Below are positions 8,308-18,477 of a stretch of 64,000 bases of DNA, piece by piece. The stretch lies in the NCBI GenBank assembly GCA_000965745.1, contig CP009479.1, positions 2,112,001-2,176,000 of the forward strand, in the 5' to 3' direction. The stretch is from an uncultured archaeon. GTDB taxonomy: Archaea; Thermoplasmatota; Thermoplasmata; Thermoplasmatales; Thermoplasmataceae. Position numbers and translations under genes: made by a program. Positions within the stretch are counted from its first letter, which is position 1. Every line of letters starts with the position of its first letter. The notes beneath the pieces were generated by a model, which was not told the DNA's origin, did not search any database, and was given only the letters and a program-made list of their open reading frames with translations.

Positions 8308-11300
8308 ATGATTGACGCCTCCAGCGCCAAAAAATCCCTGAAAAGGTTTGTGGGGTTCGTCGAAGAAATAATGGATACTGACGATGCTGAGTCAAGGGAC
8401 TCAAAACTGTCAGGACTTATTTCGTATGTGAATGAGAACCGCGACATTATAAAGGAGGCGGCAACCGAGGAAACTTCACAGCTTATATCATATCTTGTCG
8501 TAAACATTTATAAATCAGGCTCGTCAAAGCTGGATGAGCTTCTTGAAGTGGTCAAGTCGATAGATCCTGAAAACCCGATTGTGGGGGAGTATGAAATAGT
8601 CAGCCTCCTGGACAGGGACAAATATGGGGAGATTATCGAAAGAGTAACATCCGACAGGAAATTCTGCAGCTCGGCAGGAATTATGGAAGTCCTGAAGAAG
8701 AGTGCCATCAGATCAGGCACTTTTGGGCCCGTAGTCACTTATTACGCACAGTGCGGGATGTTCGATGAAGAACTGTTCCGGTCCTACACGGAGAAGGAAC
8801 AGGATGACGGGGTAAATGCCCAGCTGATTGAACAGTACCGGGAAAATAGCATGGACGAGGAGCTGATTCGCCTCCTGGAACTGATTGTAACCACGAATGA
8901 GAAGCCTGGGTACAGGGTCGACCTTGCAAGGCTGTATGTAAAGCATAAAGAGAAAGGGAAGCTGGAACAACTCCTCAAAGACATTGACCCATCGGATGTG
9001 GATAGCTTGAAAGACTATCTCGACGTGGTTGGGGCCCACGAACTTGTATCCGATTATTCCCGGGCACTCCTTTTTGCCACATCGGGGCTGGCGACCCATA
9101 GAGCGAACAGAGACCTTATGCTGCAGAAAGCGCGGATGCTCATAATGCTCAGGAGAGAGGGTGAAGCAGCTGATGCCCTGTCTGAACTTGTGGAAACGTT
9201 TCCCAAGGACAGTGAGGCAATAAGGCTGGTTTCCAGCATTTACTACAAATCCGGAGACTACAAGAACACTCTCAAGTACCTTGGACTGCTTGGCGAGCTT
9301 GTTGAGTATGACCTTTCAGACTATCTGATGCTTATTGATGCCAGGATAAACCTTTCCCTGTTCGATGAGGCAGCAAAGAACATAACCGGCGCGACTTCGC
9401 GGTTCGGGAAGAGCCTTGAACTTCTGAGATACAAGCTCTGGCTGGAGAGAATAATCAACGATCAGTCAAAGGCGTATTCAACATCCCTCGAGATTCTGGA
9501 ACTTGATACGCTGAATAAGGATGCCCTGGAGATCAAATTCAATTATCTGTTTGACAAGGAAGAATACAAGAGATTTGCAGATGAATATGAAGATGTAATG
9601 GTTGAAGAGGTAAGGAAGGAGTTCCTTGACCGCCTGGCCGCTAGCTTCATTTACCTGAACAGGTTCAAGGAGTTCTTTTCACTGACTGCACAGAACAGCG
9701 AAACCATTGACAGTGGACATGTCATGGATGCGATCTTCTATGTTGTGAGGGATGATGAGAAGATAGAGTCCCTGAAGCGCATGATTGAAGGTACTAGAAA
9801 AGGCCATGGTGTTGGCATGCTGATAGTGCTGAACAAGATCCTCGGTGTCAAGCCACCCTATGAGGGGAAAGCTTCCGATCTGGCCGTTTCATCGAAATCT
9901 TATGCCCTCGGGTACATAGTATGCATGGAAAGCATAAACTTCAAGGAAAAAACCTCTACTGACGAAGCTGAGCGCATCCTGTCGACTACGGGTTTCAAGG
10001 AAATATCTGAAACTGTTGACCTCATAAGAAACATCTATTCTGGCAGGCAGGAAAACAAGGCGAGCCTCAGTGACTCCCCGAGGCTCATGTATCCCGTGGT
10101 TTCCGCACTGGTCGACATAGGGGACAACAAGTCTGCAAGGGCCGTCCTTGACAGTTCCTACGACAGCAAGCTTGTTGACCCTTTCTATTACTATTATGAT
10201 GCAATTCTTCAGTTCAGGAAGGGGAACACGGGTGCTGCAAGAAAGAGCGTGAGAAAAGCCCTTGCAAGGCTTACCAACATATCGTTCCTGACACTTGAGG
10301 CCGAGATACTCCTTTCTGAGGAAGATGTTGATGAGATCAGGGAATCACTCGTCAAGCTAGCGGACAGGGGAGTAATACAGAACATAAATTTTGAAGAAGT
10401 TTACAGCTACGTTATATCCAAAGGGGATTACACAGCGGGAGAAAGCATGGTCGAGTCCCTGAAGCCGTTCAATATAGACAATTTCTGGTTGAACAAGCTG
10501 ATCAGGGATGTCCTGGTCCAGAAAAATGAGCTTGAGGAGGCGCTGAAGTACTCAGAGCTTGTTGTCACCAGCAAGAAAAGGGGATTTGATGACATAAGAA
10601 GGCATGTCAACCTGCTTGAGAGGCTGGGGATGAAGAAGGAGAGGCTTGCATTCCTGATCTCCAACAGTGGGGAGCATGAGAGTGCAACGATAGACCTCTG
10701 GATAGGTGACGAGTACTATCTGGAAGGGGATTTTGAAGGTGCCCTGGAATATTATGAATCCGCCATAAAAAAAGGGCTCGACCCATCGGAAATTGCCAGT
10801 TATGCGGACACCCTTCTTGAAACAGGAAAACTTGAGGAAGCTGCAAAAATAATCAAGCGCATGTCTGAGCCCGGCATACTGCAGATCAAGCTTTACTATG
10901 AACAGGGGAGGATTGAGGACATAATTGGCCTGATGAAGAGTTCAGACATTATTAAGGATGGCGAGGAGGAGGCACTCACCTATATTGCGCAGAAACTCTG
11001 GAAAAACCGCCTTATCAGGGATGCACTCATAAAGACTTACAGAAGTGAGGGGTACCAGTTCCTGGGAAAGCTGATTTCCAGGAAAATGATTGATGCTGAG
11101 GATTACGAAGGGGCTGAAAACATTCTTGAGAACCTTCTGAAGAATTACCCCTCCGATATTGAGAGTGTGGCCGCACTGGCCGATGTCTATGTCAGGCTCG
11201 GGAAGGACGGGGAGGCAATAGGTCTTATGCTCAATTCCATGAAGAACTGCACCGGTTTTGACCAGAGCATGCTTCTCGTGAACAGGATCATGAGGACCTA

Positions 11301-12030
11301 TTTCGAGAACAGGCAGTACGAATCAGTCACAAAATTCTTCGAGACGAACCGTGACTATGTGGACAGAAACTCCGTGCAGTTTATCATAAGGAGCTATATT
11401 GCGCTTGAGGAGTACGACGAGGCGGAGAAGCTCCTGGGCAAATTCGAGGGAAACCTGGTTGACAGGGACCTGAACAGCGAGATGCTGGAGGAAATCAGGG
11501 CAAAAAGGGAATTCAGCGAAATACTGATTTACGTCAGGAGGCTCCTCAAGCTCGAGTACAAGGCCGGGAAGATATTTGACATGAAGGAGGCGCTTTACAA
11601 GGCAGAAATCCCCATAGAGAAGATAGAGGAGGTCTTCAATTTCCTCAATACCGAGGATTACTACACCGAAATAAATGAGGAAAAATACGAGATACTGTCA
11701 AGGGACGTTTTCCAGGAGATAGCCAAGAAAACGCGGGTGGAGTCCATCAGGGACATAAAGATAAACATAATATTCAACAACCTGCCAAGCAGGGATGTGA
11801 TTGTCTCCAAGAACCTTTACATTTACATTAAGCGCTGCCTCAGCGTGGTCAGAGAGCCGAAGACTGAAGACGATGTCCTTATGAAGCTCCTCAGGATCGC
11901 CCTGAGGGATAAACTCAGGGCCGAGCCATTAAACGTTGCGGTTAACCTTAATGTAGGCATATCCGATGCCCTTGAAGTAATATCCCTGATGAAATACATG
12001 GAGGACATGAACAGGAAAGGTGGATTCTGA
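8308..12030 (+). CDS. Large tetratricopeptide-repeat-like alpha-solenoid protein (1240 aa)
   Basis: Recurring TPR-like helices (e.g. WIGDEYYLEGDFEGALEYYESAI, YEGAENILENLLKNYPSDIESVAALADVY). Confidence 0.75.
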   Translation: MIDASSAKKSLKRFVGFVEEIMDTDDAESRDSKLSGLISYVNENRDIIKEAATEETSQLISYLVVNIYKSGSSKLDELLEVVKSIDPENPIVGEYEIVSLLDRDKYGEIIERVTSDRKFCSSAGIMEVLKKSAIRSGTFGPVVTYYAQCGMFDEELFRSYTEKEQDDGVNAQLIEQYRENSMDEELIRLLELIVTTNEKPGYRVDLARLYVKHKEKGKLEQLLKDIDPSDVDSLKDYLDVVGAHELVSDYSRALLFATSGLATHRANRDLMLQKARMLIMLRREGEAADALSELVETFPKDSEAIRLVSSIYYKSGDYKNTLKYLGLLGELVEYDLSDYLMLIDARINLSLFDEAAKNITGATSRFGKSLELLRYKLWLERIINDQSKAYSTSLEILELDTLNKDALEIKFNYLFDKEEYKRFADEYEDVMVEEVRKEFLDRLAASFIYLNRFKEFFSLTAQNSETIDSGHVMDAIFYVVRDDEKIESLKRMIEGTRKGHGVGMLIVLNKILGVKPPYEGKASDLAVSSKSYALGYIVCMESINFKEKTSTDEAERILSTTGFKEISETVDLIRNIYSGRQENKASLSDSPRLMYPVVSALVDIGDNKSARAVLDSSYDSKLVDPFYYYYDAILQFRKGNTGAARKSVRKALARLTNISFLTLEAEILLSEEDVDEIRESLVKLADRGVIQNINFEEVYSYVISKGDYTAGESMVESLKPFNIDNFWLNKLIRDVLVQKNELEEALKYSELVVTSKKRGFDDIRRHVNLLERLGMKKERLAFLISNSGEHESATIDLWIGDEYYLEGDFEGALEYYESAIKKGLDPSEIASYADTLLETGKLEEAAKIIKRMSEPGILQIKLYYEQGRIEDIIGLMKSSDIIKDGEEEALTYIAQKLWKNRLIRDALIKTYRSEGYQFLGKLISRKMIDAEDYEGAENILENLLKNYPSDIESVAALADVYVRLGKDGEAIGLMLNSMKNCTGFDQSMLLVNRIMRTYFENRQYESVTKFFETNRDYVDRNSVQFIIRSYIALEEYDEAEKLLGKFEGNLVDRDLNSEMLEEIRAKREFSEILIYVRRLLKLEYKAGKIFDMKEALYKAEIPIEKIEEVFNFLNTEDYYTEINEEKYEILSRDVFQEIAKKTRVESIRDIKINIIFNNLPSRDVIVSKNLYIYIKRCLSVVREPKTEDDVLMKLLRIALRDKLRAEPLNVAVNLNVGISDALEVISLMKYMEDMNRKGGF

Positions 12031-12645
12031 TTGAGGACCGTCCCTCGATATATGACTGCAGAAGTGAAGGACATTGGAGTTTCAGTGGTAGTCCTTACCG
12101 CTGCGTTTACACTTCTCCTGTACAGATACAACAAGGAGGCTTTTGGAGGATCAGTAGGAGTAATAGCAATAGCCAGTTTCCTCATAGTTCTGACCGCATT
12201 CCTCATGCATGAAATGGCACACCGCTTCGTTGCAAGAAGCTTCGGTGGAATAGCCTTCTTCAAGATGTGGCTTCCCGGGATACTCCTTATCCTTGTCACG
12301 TCAATATTCGGCATTATATTCGCTGCTCCAGGGGCCGTCAACATAGGCGGCATCTTCAGGAAGGACCAGATCGGCAAGACCGCACTGGCAGGACCTGCCA
12401 CCAATCTAGGCATAGGAATACTTCTCTATGCTGCGCTATTCTTCGTCCCGCTTACAAGCTCGACCATGATCGTGTACAGTGTCATGTACTGGATGGCGGG
12501 CCTGAACCTCTGGTTCGCCCTCTTCAACCTCATACCGATACCTCCCTTCGACGGGCAGAAGATATACAAGTGGGATCTGCACATCTACATAGTCATAGTG
12601 GCTGTTGCACTTGTAATGAATTTCCTGAACGGGCCGTTCCTATGA
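12031..12645 (+). CDS. Site-2 protease family (M50) membrane metalloprotease
   Basis: HEMAH, AGPATN and FNLIPIPPFDG motifs; start may be ATG at 12052. Confidence 0.92.
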   Translation: MRTVPRYMTAEVKDIGVSVVVLTAAFTLLLYRYNKEAFGGSVGVIAIASFLIVLTAFLMHEMAHRFVARSFGGIAFFKMWLPGILLILVTSIFGIIFAAPGAVNIGGIFRKDQIGKTALAGPATNLGIGILLYAALFFVPLTSSTMIVYSVMYWMAGLNLWFALFNLIPIPPFDGQKIYKWDLHIYIVIVAVALVMNFLNGPFL

Positions 12646-12942
12646 TTTCAGAAACAGCTTTTCAGCCGGAACTTCGTTCCCCTCGGCGGGCTTAACGAAA
12701 AAGATTGTGTTTTCGCCGACCTCTATCTTGTAGGCTATATCAAACTGCAGAATCTCGCCGCCGTCCACCCTGATGTTGGTTTCAGACGAGGATTTCAGAA
12801 TCTCCCAGGCACCTGCGGATGGCTTCATTATCAAGCCCAGATAAAACGGGTTCCTGGAGGCAACAAAATAACTTTCAACATCGCTCATGACTTCCTGCTG
12901 GTTCCTGAAATACACCACTGAAATTTTCATAGACGACACCAT
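12640..12942 (-). CDS. Hypothetical protein
   Basis: 100 aa ORF filling the gap with an AT-rich upstream region; no recognised motif. Confidence 0.55.
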   Translation of the reverse strand: MVSSMKISVVYFRNQQEVMSDVESYFVASRNPFYLGLIMKPSAGAWEILKSSSETNIRVDGGEILQFDIAYKIEVGENTIFFVKPAEGNEVPAEKLFLKS

Positions 12943-13086
12943 CTTTTAAGCCGGAATAAGGAGAATACACAACGATTATATATTCTCCCATTATTCTGCG
13001 TTTGCTATCTATATAGCATTGGTACCTTTAATCCTTGGGGGTATTGAAATTCCCTTAATGATAAAGATCAGGGAGAAATGAACAAA

Positions 13087-13254
13087 ATGGAATATAAGGA
13101 AAATTGTACATCCTGTGGAATAGGGCTCGTCGAAAGCGGCTATTCCATATTTGACTGCCCCAGTTGCGGGGAAGAGACTATCGGAAGATGCAAGGACTGC
13201 AGGGAACACTCTACACAGTATACGTGTTCCAAGTGCGGGTTTACGGGGCCGTGA
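13087..13254 (+). CDS. Small zinc-finger protein (DUF1610 / HVO_2753-like), absent from ORF track
   Basis: 55 aa [31 protein letters not shown]; four CxxC; typical position upstream of EF-1beta. Confidence 0.9.
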   Translation: MEYKENCTSCGIGLVESGYSIFDCPSCGEETIGRCKDCREHSTQYTCSKCGFTGP

Positions 13255-13264
13255 GGGTTTAGAA

Positions 13265-13531
13265 ATGGGCGATGTAGCAGTTGTCTTGAAAGTATTGCCT
13301 GAAGACTCTGATCTTGACATGGAGAGCCTCAAGACACAGATAGAAGGCGAGATAAAGAATATATGCAAGCTCAACAAGTCAGAGTTGCAGGAGATAGGCT
13401 TTGGCCTCAAAGCAATAAGGCTTGAAATCATTGTCCCCGACGAAGAGGGCAAGATCGACAAGGTTGAGGCCAACATCAGCAGGGTAAAGGGAGTAGGGCA
13501 GATTGACACGGAAGACGTCAGCCTTCTCTAA
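13265..13531 (+). CDS. ef1b: Translation elongation factor aEF-1beta
   Basis: MGDVAVVLKVLPE..EIGFGLKAI; true start ATG 13265 rather than 13151. Confidence 0.95.
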   Translation: MGDVAVVLKVLPEDSDLDMESLKTQIEGEIKNICKLNKSELQEIGFGLKAIRLEIIVPDEEGKIDKVEANISRVKGVGQIDTEDVSLL

Positions 13532-13566
13532 ACTTTCTTCTGCCTTATCCTGTACTGAATCCTGAA

Positions 13567-14658
13567 ATGCAGATTTATCAGATTCTTGCACCCGTCTGGG
13601 ACTTTTATGTCATTCTCCTGATTCTGGTTACCATAGGGCTGATATTCATCGGCATCCCGAGGAAGCAGAAGGATGACGTTACTGAGGAGTTCGCCCCAAG
13701 AACACTTGTCATGGTGCCATGCAGGGGCCTTGATTTTTCTCTGAAAGAGAATCTGGAATCCATAAAGAACCAGGGCTACGAAAACTATGATGTTGTTGCG
13801 GTTGTTGACAGCGAGGATGACCCGAGCGCTGAGATCCTGAGAGAACTCTCCATTCCGGTTATTGTGTCATCCTTCAAGTGCACAAACTGCAGCGGCAAGA
13901 CAAAAGCACTGAGCACTGCCATAGAGCAGAATCCGGACTATGAAGCGTATGTCATAACCGATTCAGACATAACAGTGAGCAAAGATTGGCTGAAGTATCT
14001 CATAGCCCCGCTAAAGAACAATAAAATCGGGCTTTCCACAACATTCCCGTATTTTAATCCGGTGGGTGGATTCTGGTCAAAGGTCAAGGCTGTGTGGGGC
14101 ATAGTCGGCCAGAGCCTCATGGAGTCAGACCTGACCAGGTTCGGCTGGGGCGGTTCTCTGGCGTTCATGAAAGACCTTGTGGATGAGAGGTCATTCCTGA
14201 AATTTTCGGAATCTGTCTCGGACGATACGGCCCTTTCATCAGTGTGCAGGGAAAAAGGGCTCAAGATCAGCTATTCCCGGAGAGCACAGCCTACAATAAA
14301 CTCGCCGGATGACTTTGGCACCTTTTTTGAGTGGGCAAACAGGCAGACCGCCCTCTCGATATCTGCAACAAGGCGCGTATTCCACTATGGCGTAACAGTA
14401 TACGTATCAGAGATACTTGTTTTCCTTTCGGCAATAATGCTTTCTGCTTTCTATTCTCCACTGTTCCTCCTGCTTTTCACACCCACTCTCCTGAGTGTGT
14501 TCAACAACGCAAGGCGATCAAGGGAGATCTTCCCGATGCTCTTCCTTATCACGCTCATGCTTCCATTCCTTTTCCTGATCAACCTGCTGATTGCAAACAG
14601 CATGGAGGAGATAAGGTGGAGGGGGCGGACGTACAGACTGCAGAAGCAGAAGACATGA
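13567..14658 (+). CDS. Family 2/21 glycosyltransferase, membrane bound
   Basis: VPCRG, DSD, SDD, WANRQ motifs; N- and C-terminal TM helices. Confidence 0.85.
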   Translation: MQIYQILAPVWDFYVILLILVTIGLIFIGIPRKQKDDVTEEFAPRTLVMVPCRGLDFSLKENLESIKNQGYENYDVVAVVDSEDDPSAEILRELSIPVIVSSFKCTNCSGKTKALSTAIEQNPDYEAYVITDSDITVSKDWLKYLIAPLKNNKIGLSTTFPYFNPVGGFWSKVKAVWGIVGQSLMESDLTRFGWGGSLAFMKDLVDERSFLKFSESVSDDTALSSVCREKGLKISYSRRAQPTINSPDDFGTFFEWANRQTALSISATRRVFHYGVTVYVSEILVFLSAIMLSAFYSPLFLLLFTPTLLSVFNNARRSREIFPMLFLITLMLPFLFLINLLIANSMEEIRWRGRTYRLQKQKT

Positions 14659-14700
14659 TTGGAGAACCTAGATTATTATATTTTACAAAGTTAGGGCTTT

Positions 14701-16071
14701 ATGGAAAAAGCCGGAGATGGAGAGTACCCGAGACTTTTCGGGACAAACGGGATAAGGGGAATACCCAATGTTGATCTTACAGCGGAATTCTGTGCTCTGA
14801 TTGGCAGAAGCATAGGGAAGCACTTCTCTTCCGGCACAATTGTAATGGGCCGGGACACCAGATCCACCGGCGATTTCGTTTATTCTTCGGTTCTTTCAGG
14901 GGTACTTTCATCAGGGTCGGATGTGATCGATCTGGGAATCCTCCCGACTCCAGCACTTCAGTATTACTGCAAGACCAGGGGCCTTTACGGCATCGTAATA
15001 ACTGCATCGCACAACCCACCAAGATTCAACGGGATAAAATGCATAGACAGCGACGGGACTGAACTGGACCGCGCTGAAGAGGAGAAGATTGAGAAGATAT
15101 ACTATGCCAGGGACTTCAGTGAAGTGCCTTGGGAAGGCATAGGAAGGGCATATCCGAGGAACGGTGCAATAGACCAGTACCATGACGCCATTCTGGGCCA
15201 GGTTGATGTTGAGAAGATCAGGAGAAAGAAATACAGGGTCCTCGTTGACTCAGGGAACGGTGCTTCATATTTCAGCACCCCGAGGCTGATGGAAAAACTG
15301 GGATGCAGCCTTGTAACGCTTAATGCCAACCCGGACGGGAGATTTTCTTCCAGGGATTCCGAACCCAAGCCGGAGAACCTGAAGGACATAATGTCACTTA
15401 TGAAAACCGGCGGCTTTGACATCGGCGTAGCGCATGACGGGGATGCTGACAGGGCTGTGTTCATAGACGAGACGGGCAAGTTTATCGACGGGGACAAGAC
15501 GCTGAATCTTGTCGTGAGCAGCGTTATCTCCGAAGGCGACAAGGTTGTAACGCCTGTGAGCAGTTCCGATGCCATAGATGAAGTCTGCAGAGAAAAAGGT
15601 GCTGTCCTTGTCAGGACTAAAGTCGGTGCACCGGTTGTGTCAAGGACCATGATAGACGAGAAGGCAATGATTGGCGGTGAGGAGAACGGAGGCGTCATCT
15701 ACGGAAAGCACCAGTATTGCAGGGACGGGGCCATGACTGCTGCTCTTGTGCTGAACCTCATGGCGGAGAATGGGAAGAAAATCTCTGCCCTGATTTCCGG
15801 GCTTCCTGATTACACGATCGTGAAGAGACAGGCTGAGCTAAAGCTGGAGTGGCCCGAGCTTCTCGACAGGCTGGCGGAGCATAGCTCCGTAGAGGAGGCA
15901 GACTTTACGGATGGGCTCAAAGTAATCAGGGAGGATGGCTGGATACTCATTCGCCCTTCCGGCACTGAACCCATAATAAGGATATACGGGCAGTCGAAGT
16001 CTCCTGAAACGGCACGGAAATATTGTGAGGAATTCGTCGGAATAGTTGATGTCCTGCAGGCTCAGACCTGA
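14701..16071 (+). CDS. Phosphohexomutase (phosphoglucosamine mutase / PGM-PMM family)
   Basis: FGTNGIRG, TASHNP, DGDADR, GEENG, RPSGTEP. Confidence 0.95.
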   Translation: MEKAGDGEYPRLFGTNGIRGIPNVDLTAEFCALIGRSIGKHFSSGTIVMGRDTRSTGDFVYSSVLSGVLSSGSDVIDLGILPTPALQYYCKTRGLYGIVITASHNPPRFNGIKCIDSDGTELDRAEEEKIEKIYYARDFSEVPWEGIGRAYPRNGAIDQYHDAILGQVDVEKIRRKKYRVLVDSGNGASYFSTPRLMEKLGCSLVTLNANPDGRFSSRDSEPKPENLKDIMSLMKTGGFDIGVAHDGDADRAVFIDETGKFIDGDKTLNLVVSSVISEGDKVVTPVSSSDAIDEVCREKGAVLVRTKVGAPVVSRTMIDEKAMIGGEENGGVIYGKHQYCRDGAMTAALVLNLMAENGKKISALISGLPDYTIVKRQAELKLEWPELLDRLAEHSSVEEADFTDGLKVIREDGWILIRPSGTEPIIRIYGQSKSPETARKYCEEFVGIVDVLQAQT

Positions 16072-16679
16072 TCGAGGGAGTCCTTGAACCGCTTCAGGGC
16101 AGTTATGTTTCCGCCTATTGCAAACCACAGCAGCAGTATGACAGTCACCGTGAATGATATCCCGAGGAGCGGGTAGCTTTCCCTGATGAATATCTGGAGG
16201 ATGATCACCACCAGCATCATGACGAGCCTGTCGGCCCTCCCAAGGACCCCTGAGTAATTGCGCTTCAGCCCAAGAGCCTGGGCCTGCGTTCCCATGTAGC
16301 TTGTAAGTATTACACCGATGATTGCTAGCATCCCGATTGTAATGTTGCCGAAGGGGCTGAAAGTCATTCCCAGTATTATGAAAATGTCGGCATACCTGTC
16401 CAGAACGTGATCTATCAGATCGCCCTTCCTGGAAGCCATGTTTCTCATCCTGGCCACTTTCCCGTCCACTGCGTCAAAAAGTGCGGAGAATATAAGGGCA
16501 ACAAACGCGCCTGCAAGAAACGCGGGAGAGCCGAAGTAATAGAAAATGCCCGTGAGAGCGGCAAGAACAACGGAAATAACCGAAATTGCGTTGGGATTTA
16601 CCGAAAGGAAAAACTTGGAAATAGGCTCAAGCAGCAGATCGAATCTGCCCCTGTAGCTGTCGAGTACCATTCTTGTCAC
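16062..16679 (-). CDS. CDP-alcohol phosphatidyltransferase
   Basis: DAVDGKVAR..GDLIDHVLDRYAD signature. Confidence 0.93.
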   Translation of the reverse strand: MTRMVLDSYRGRFDLLLEPISKFFLSVNPNAISVISVVLAALTGIFYYFGSPAFLAGAFVALIFSALFDAVDGKVARMRNMASRKGDLIDHVLDRYADIFIILGMTFSPFGNITIGMLAIIGVILTSYMGTQAQALGLKRNYSGVLGRADRLVMMLVVIILQIFIRESYPLLGISFTVTVILLLWFAIGGNITALKRFKDSLDQV

Positions 16680-16695
16680 ATGATGTATCCGTAAA

Positions 16696-17148
16696 TTATT
16701 TTTTTCTATCTGACTCTATAAGCCTGGAAATTTGATCCGCGACTGAATCCGGTTTTGTGTCAGTTGTGTCGATAACGTGTATCCTGCCTGATGGTAAATG
16801 TTCAAGAGCCTCGTAGTATAGGGTTCCTGAGAGCTGTGCGTCAATATTCTCACGGATCTTGTCCCCGCTGTAGCCCCTTCTTACCATCCTCTGTTCAAGA
16901 ACAGATGCTTCTGTTTCAAGAATAACTGCAATGGTGCAGTCAAGGAGATGGGAAAAATGGGATTGAACTGCATCGCACTCTGAAAAATGCCCCTTCGACC
17001 GGAGGCATCCTATATCGACTTCCCCGCCTTTCAGGCATCCACTGGAGGCGGCAATCTCAGCGGCATCGCAAACGGAATACCCCATTACGGCGAGTATCCC
17101 GGAGACTGTGGTCTTCCCGGTTCCCGGAACACCTGTTATGCAGATCAG
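16696..17148 (-). CDS. Adenylate kinase AK6/Fap7 family; start codon uncertain
   Basis: In-frame LICITGVPGTGKTT Walker A upstream of the first ATG (17085); SHFSH, RRGYSGDKIRENIDA motifs. Confidence 0.85.
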   Translation of the reverse strand: MICITGVPGTGKTTVSGILAVMGYSVCDAAEIAASSGCLKGGEVDIGCLRSKGHFSECDAVQSHFSHLLDCTIAVILETEASVLEQRMVRRGYSGDKIRENIDAQLSGTLYYEALEHLPSGRIHVIDTTDTKPDSVADQISRLIESDRKK

Positions 17149-18476
17149 GCGGGACCACCATTCCTTCCTGACATCTCTGCCAGTGCGAAGTGTTCTTCCA
17201 GCTTCAGCGGCATGGAGAGATGCCTCCTCGCGGAAACAGGAACCTCATACTTTCCTGGCAGGAGGCTCCGGGCTTCCTCTGCGTATTCCGGGGTGATCTT
17301 CTTCCCACCGCATGATTTGCACCTGAAATCATTCCTGCCGTGGGTCTTCATCCTTCTGGCACAGTTCTGGCACATGGGTGGCACCCTTTTGAAGTACCTT
17401 GATACAGAAATGACATGCATCTTCTCGACTTTCAGCGTCCCTTCTGATAGAGAGCCAGTAGCCTCAACTATGTCACCTGGCCTTAATTCCCTGAAAACGC
17501 TCCTGAATTCCTTTGTGGGTTCGAATGCAGCGAGGCCTATCCTGGATTTTTTCCATTTCATTTGCGCGAAATAATGGCCCCCCTGGATCGGCACCGGGGT
17601 ATCCACCACCTCGCCAGTGATTGAGAAGGAGCCTTTCTCCCAGATTATGTCTGGAGAGTGGATGATGTGATCGTCTGTTCCCTGGTTTGTTTCATAAATG
17701 AGGTAACTGGTTCCCCCGATCCCGTAACGGGTCCTCAATTCCTGCTCAATCTGCGGAAGGATTACGGGGTTTACAGACCTTACGCCATAGACAACCGGTG
17801 TCCTGTTTGACGGGAAGATTGCAGCGTGCCTGTTTTTCACGTCAATGTTATTGAAAGTTTCCTGATAGTGCTCCTCGATAAACGCGGCTGCTTCAAGCTG
17901 CAAATCCCTGTCGACGCTTCCCGGCCTCGGGTACTGGTAGACAAGAAGCTCATAGGTTCTTCTGCCCGGGCTCCAGCTCATTGCAGAGGATGCCCCGATT
18001 ACTCCCCGTCCATTCTTGAACTTCCTGTAATTCGCGCCCGCCTCCATCAGAATATCCTCGACATATTGAGCAGAAATTTCTTTACTTACGGCTTCACGGT
18101 AAAGACTCTCCGGCGGCCTTGAGCCGGAAACTACCAGGCCAGGGTTAGTGCTTTCCTGCTCCATTACGGCAAACTCGCCTATAATTTCAGAGGAAATGTC
18201 AAGGAGTTCCTGCCTGGAAGCTTCGCCCTTCAGGCTTTCATAACCGAAAACCTGCTTTCCGCTGATTCTGCCAACCGGAAACTTCCTTCCTTTCCCCATC
18301 CCCAGCCTGAGAACAACTGCACCATTTCCCCTCGTCTTGTAACTGATGTTGGGGTTGAGCCTCACGAGCCTTGGGTACCCGATAACGTCAAGGCCCGTTC
18401 GCCTGATCAGCTCAGTGGGCAGGTACGTGGTGCACATCCCGTCCACGGAATCTGTATCGTCTAGTGCGACCAGCAA
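17145..18476 (-). CDS. tiaS: tRNA(Ile2) agmatinylcytidine synthetase
   Basis: DDTDS..GMCTTY, LVRLNPNI.YKTRGNG, TNQGTDDH, C-terminal CxxC..CxxC and RRHLS. Confidence 0.95.
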   Translation of the reverse strand: MLVALDDTDSVDGMCTTYLPTELIRRTGLDVIGYPRLVRLNPNISYKTRGNGAVVLRLGMGKGRKFPVGRISGKQVFGYESLKGEASRQELLDISSEIIGEFAVMEQESTNPGLVVSGSRPPESLYREAVSKEISAQYVEDILMEAGANYRKFKNGRGVIGASSAMSWSPGRRTYELLVYQYPRPGSVDRDLQLEAAAFIEEHYQETFNNIDVKNRHAAIFPSNRTPVVYGVRSVNPVILPQIEQELRTRYGIGGTSYLIYETNQGTDDHIIHSPDIIWEKGSFSITGEVVDTPVPIQGGHYFAQMKWKKSRIGLAAFEPTKEFRSVFRELRPGDIVEATGSLSEGTLKVEKMHVISVSRYFKRVPPMCQNCARRMKTHGRNDFRCKSCGGKKITPEYAEEARSLLPGKYEVPVSARRHLSMPLKLEEHFALAEMSGRNGGPA

Positions 18477-18477
18477 A

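Noticed and set aside
13151-13264. ORF-track N-terminal extension of EF-1beta
   Set aside because: Overlaps the real zinc-finger gene 13087..13254 in another frame; EF-1beta starts at 13265
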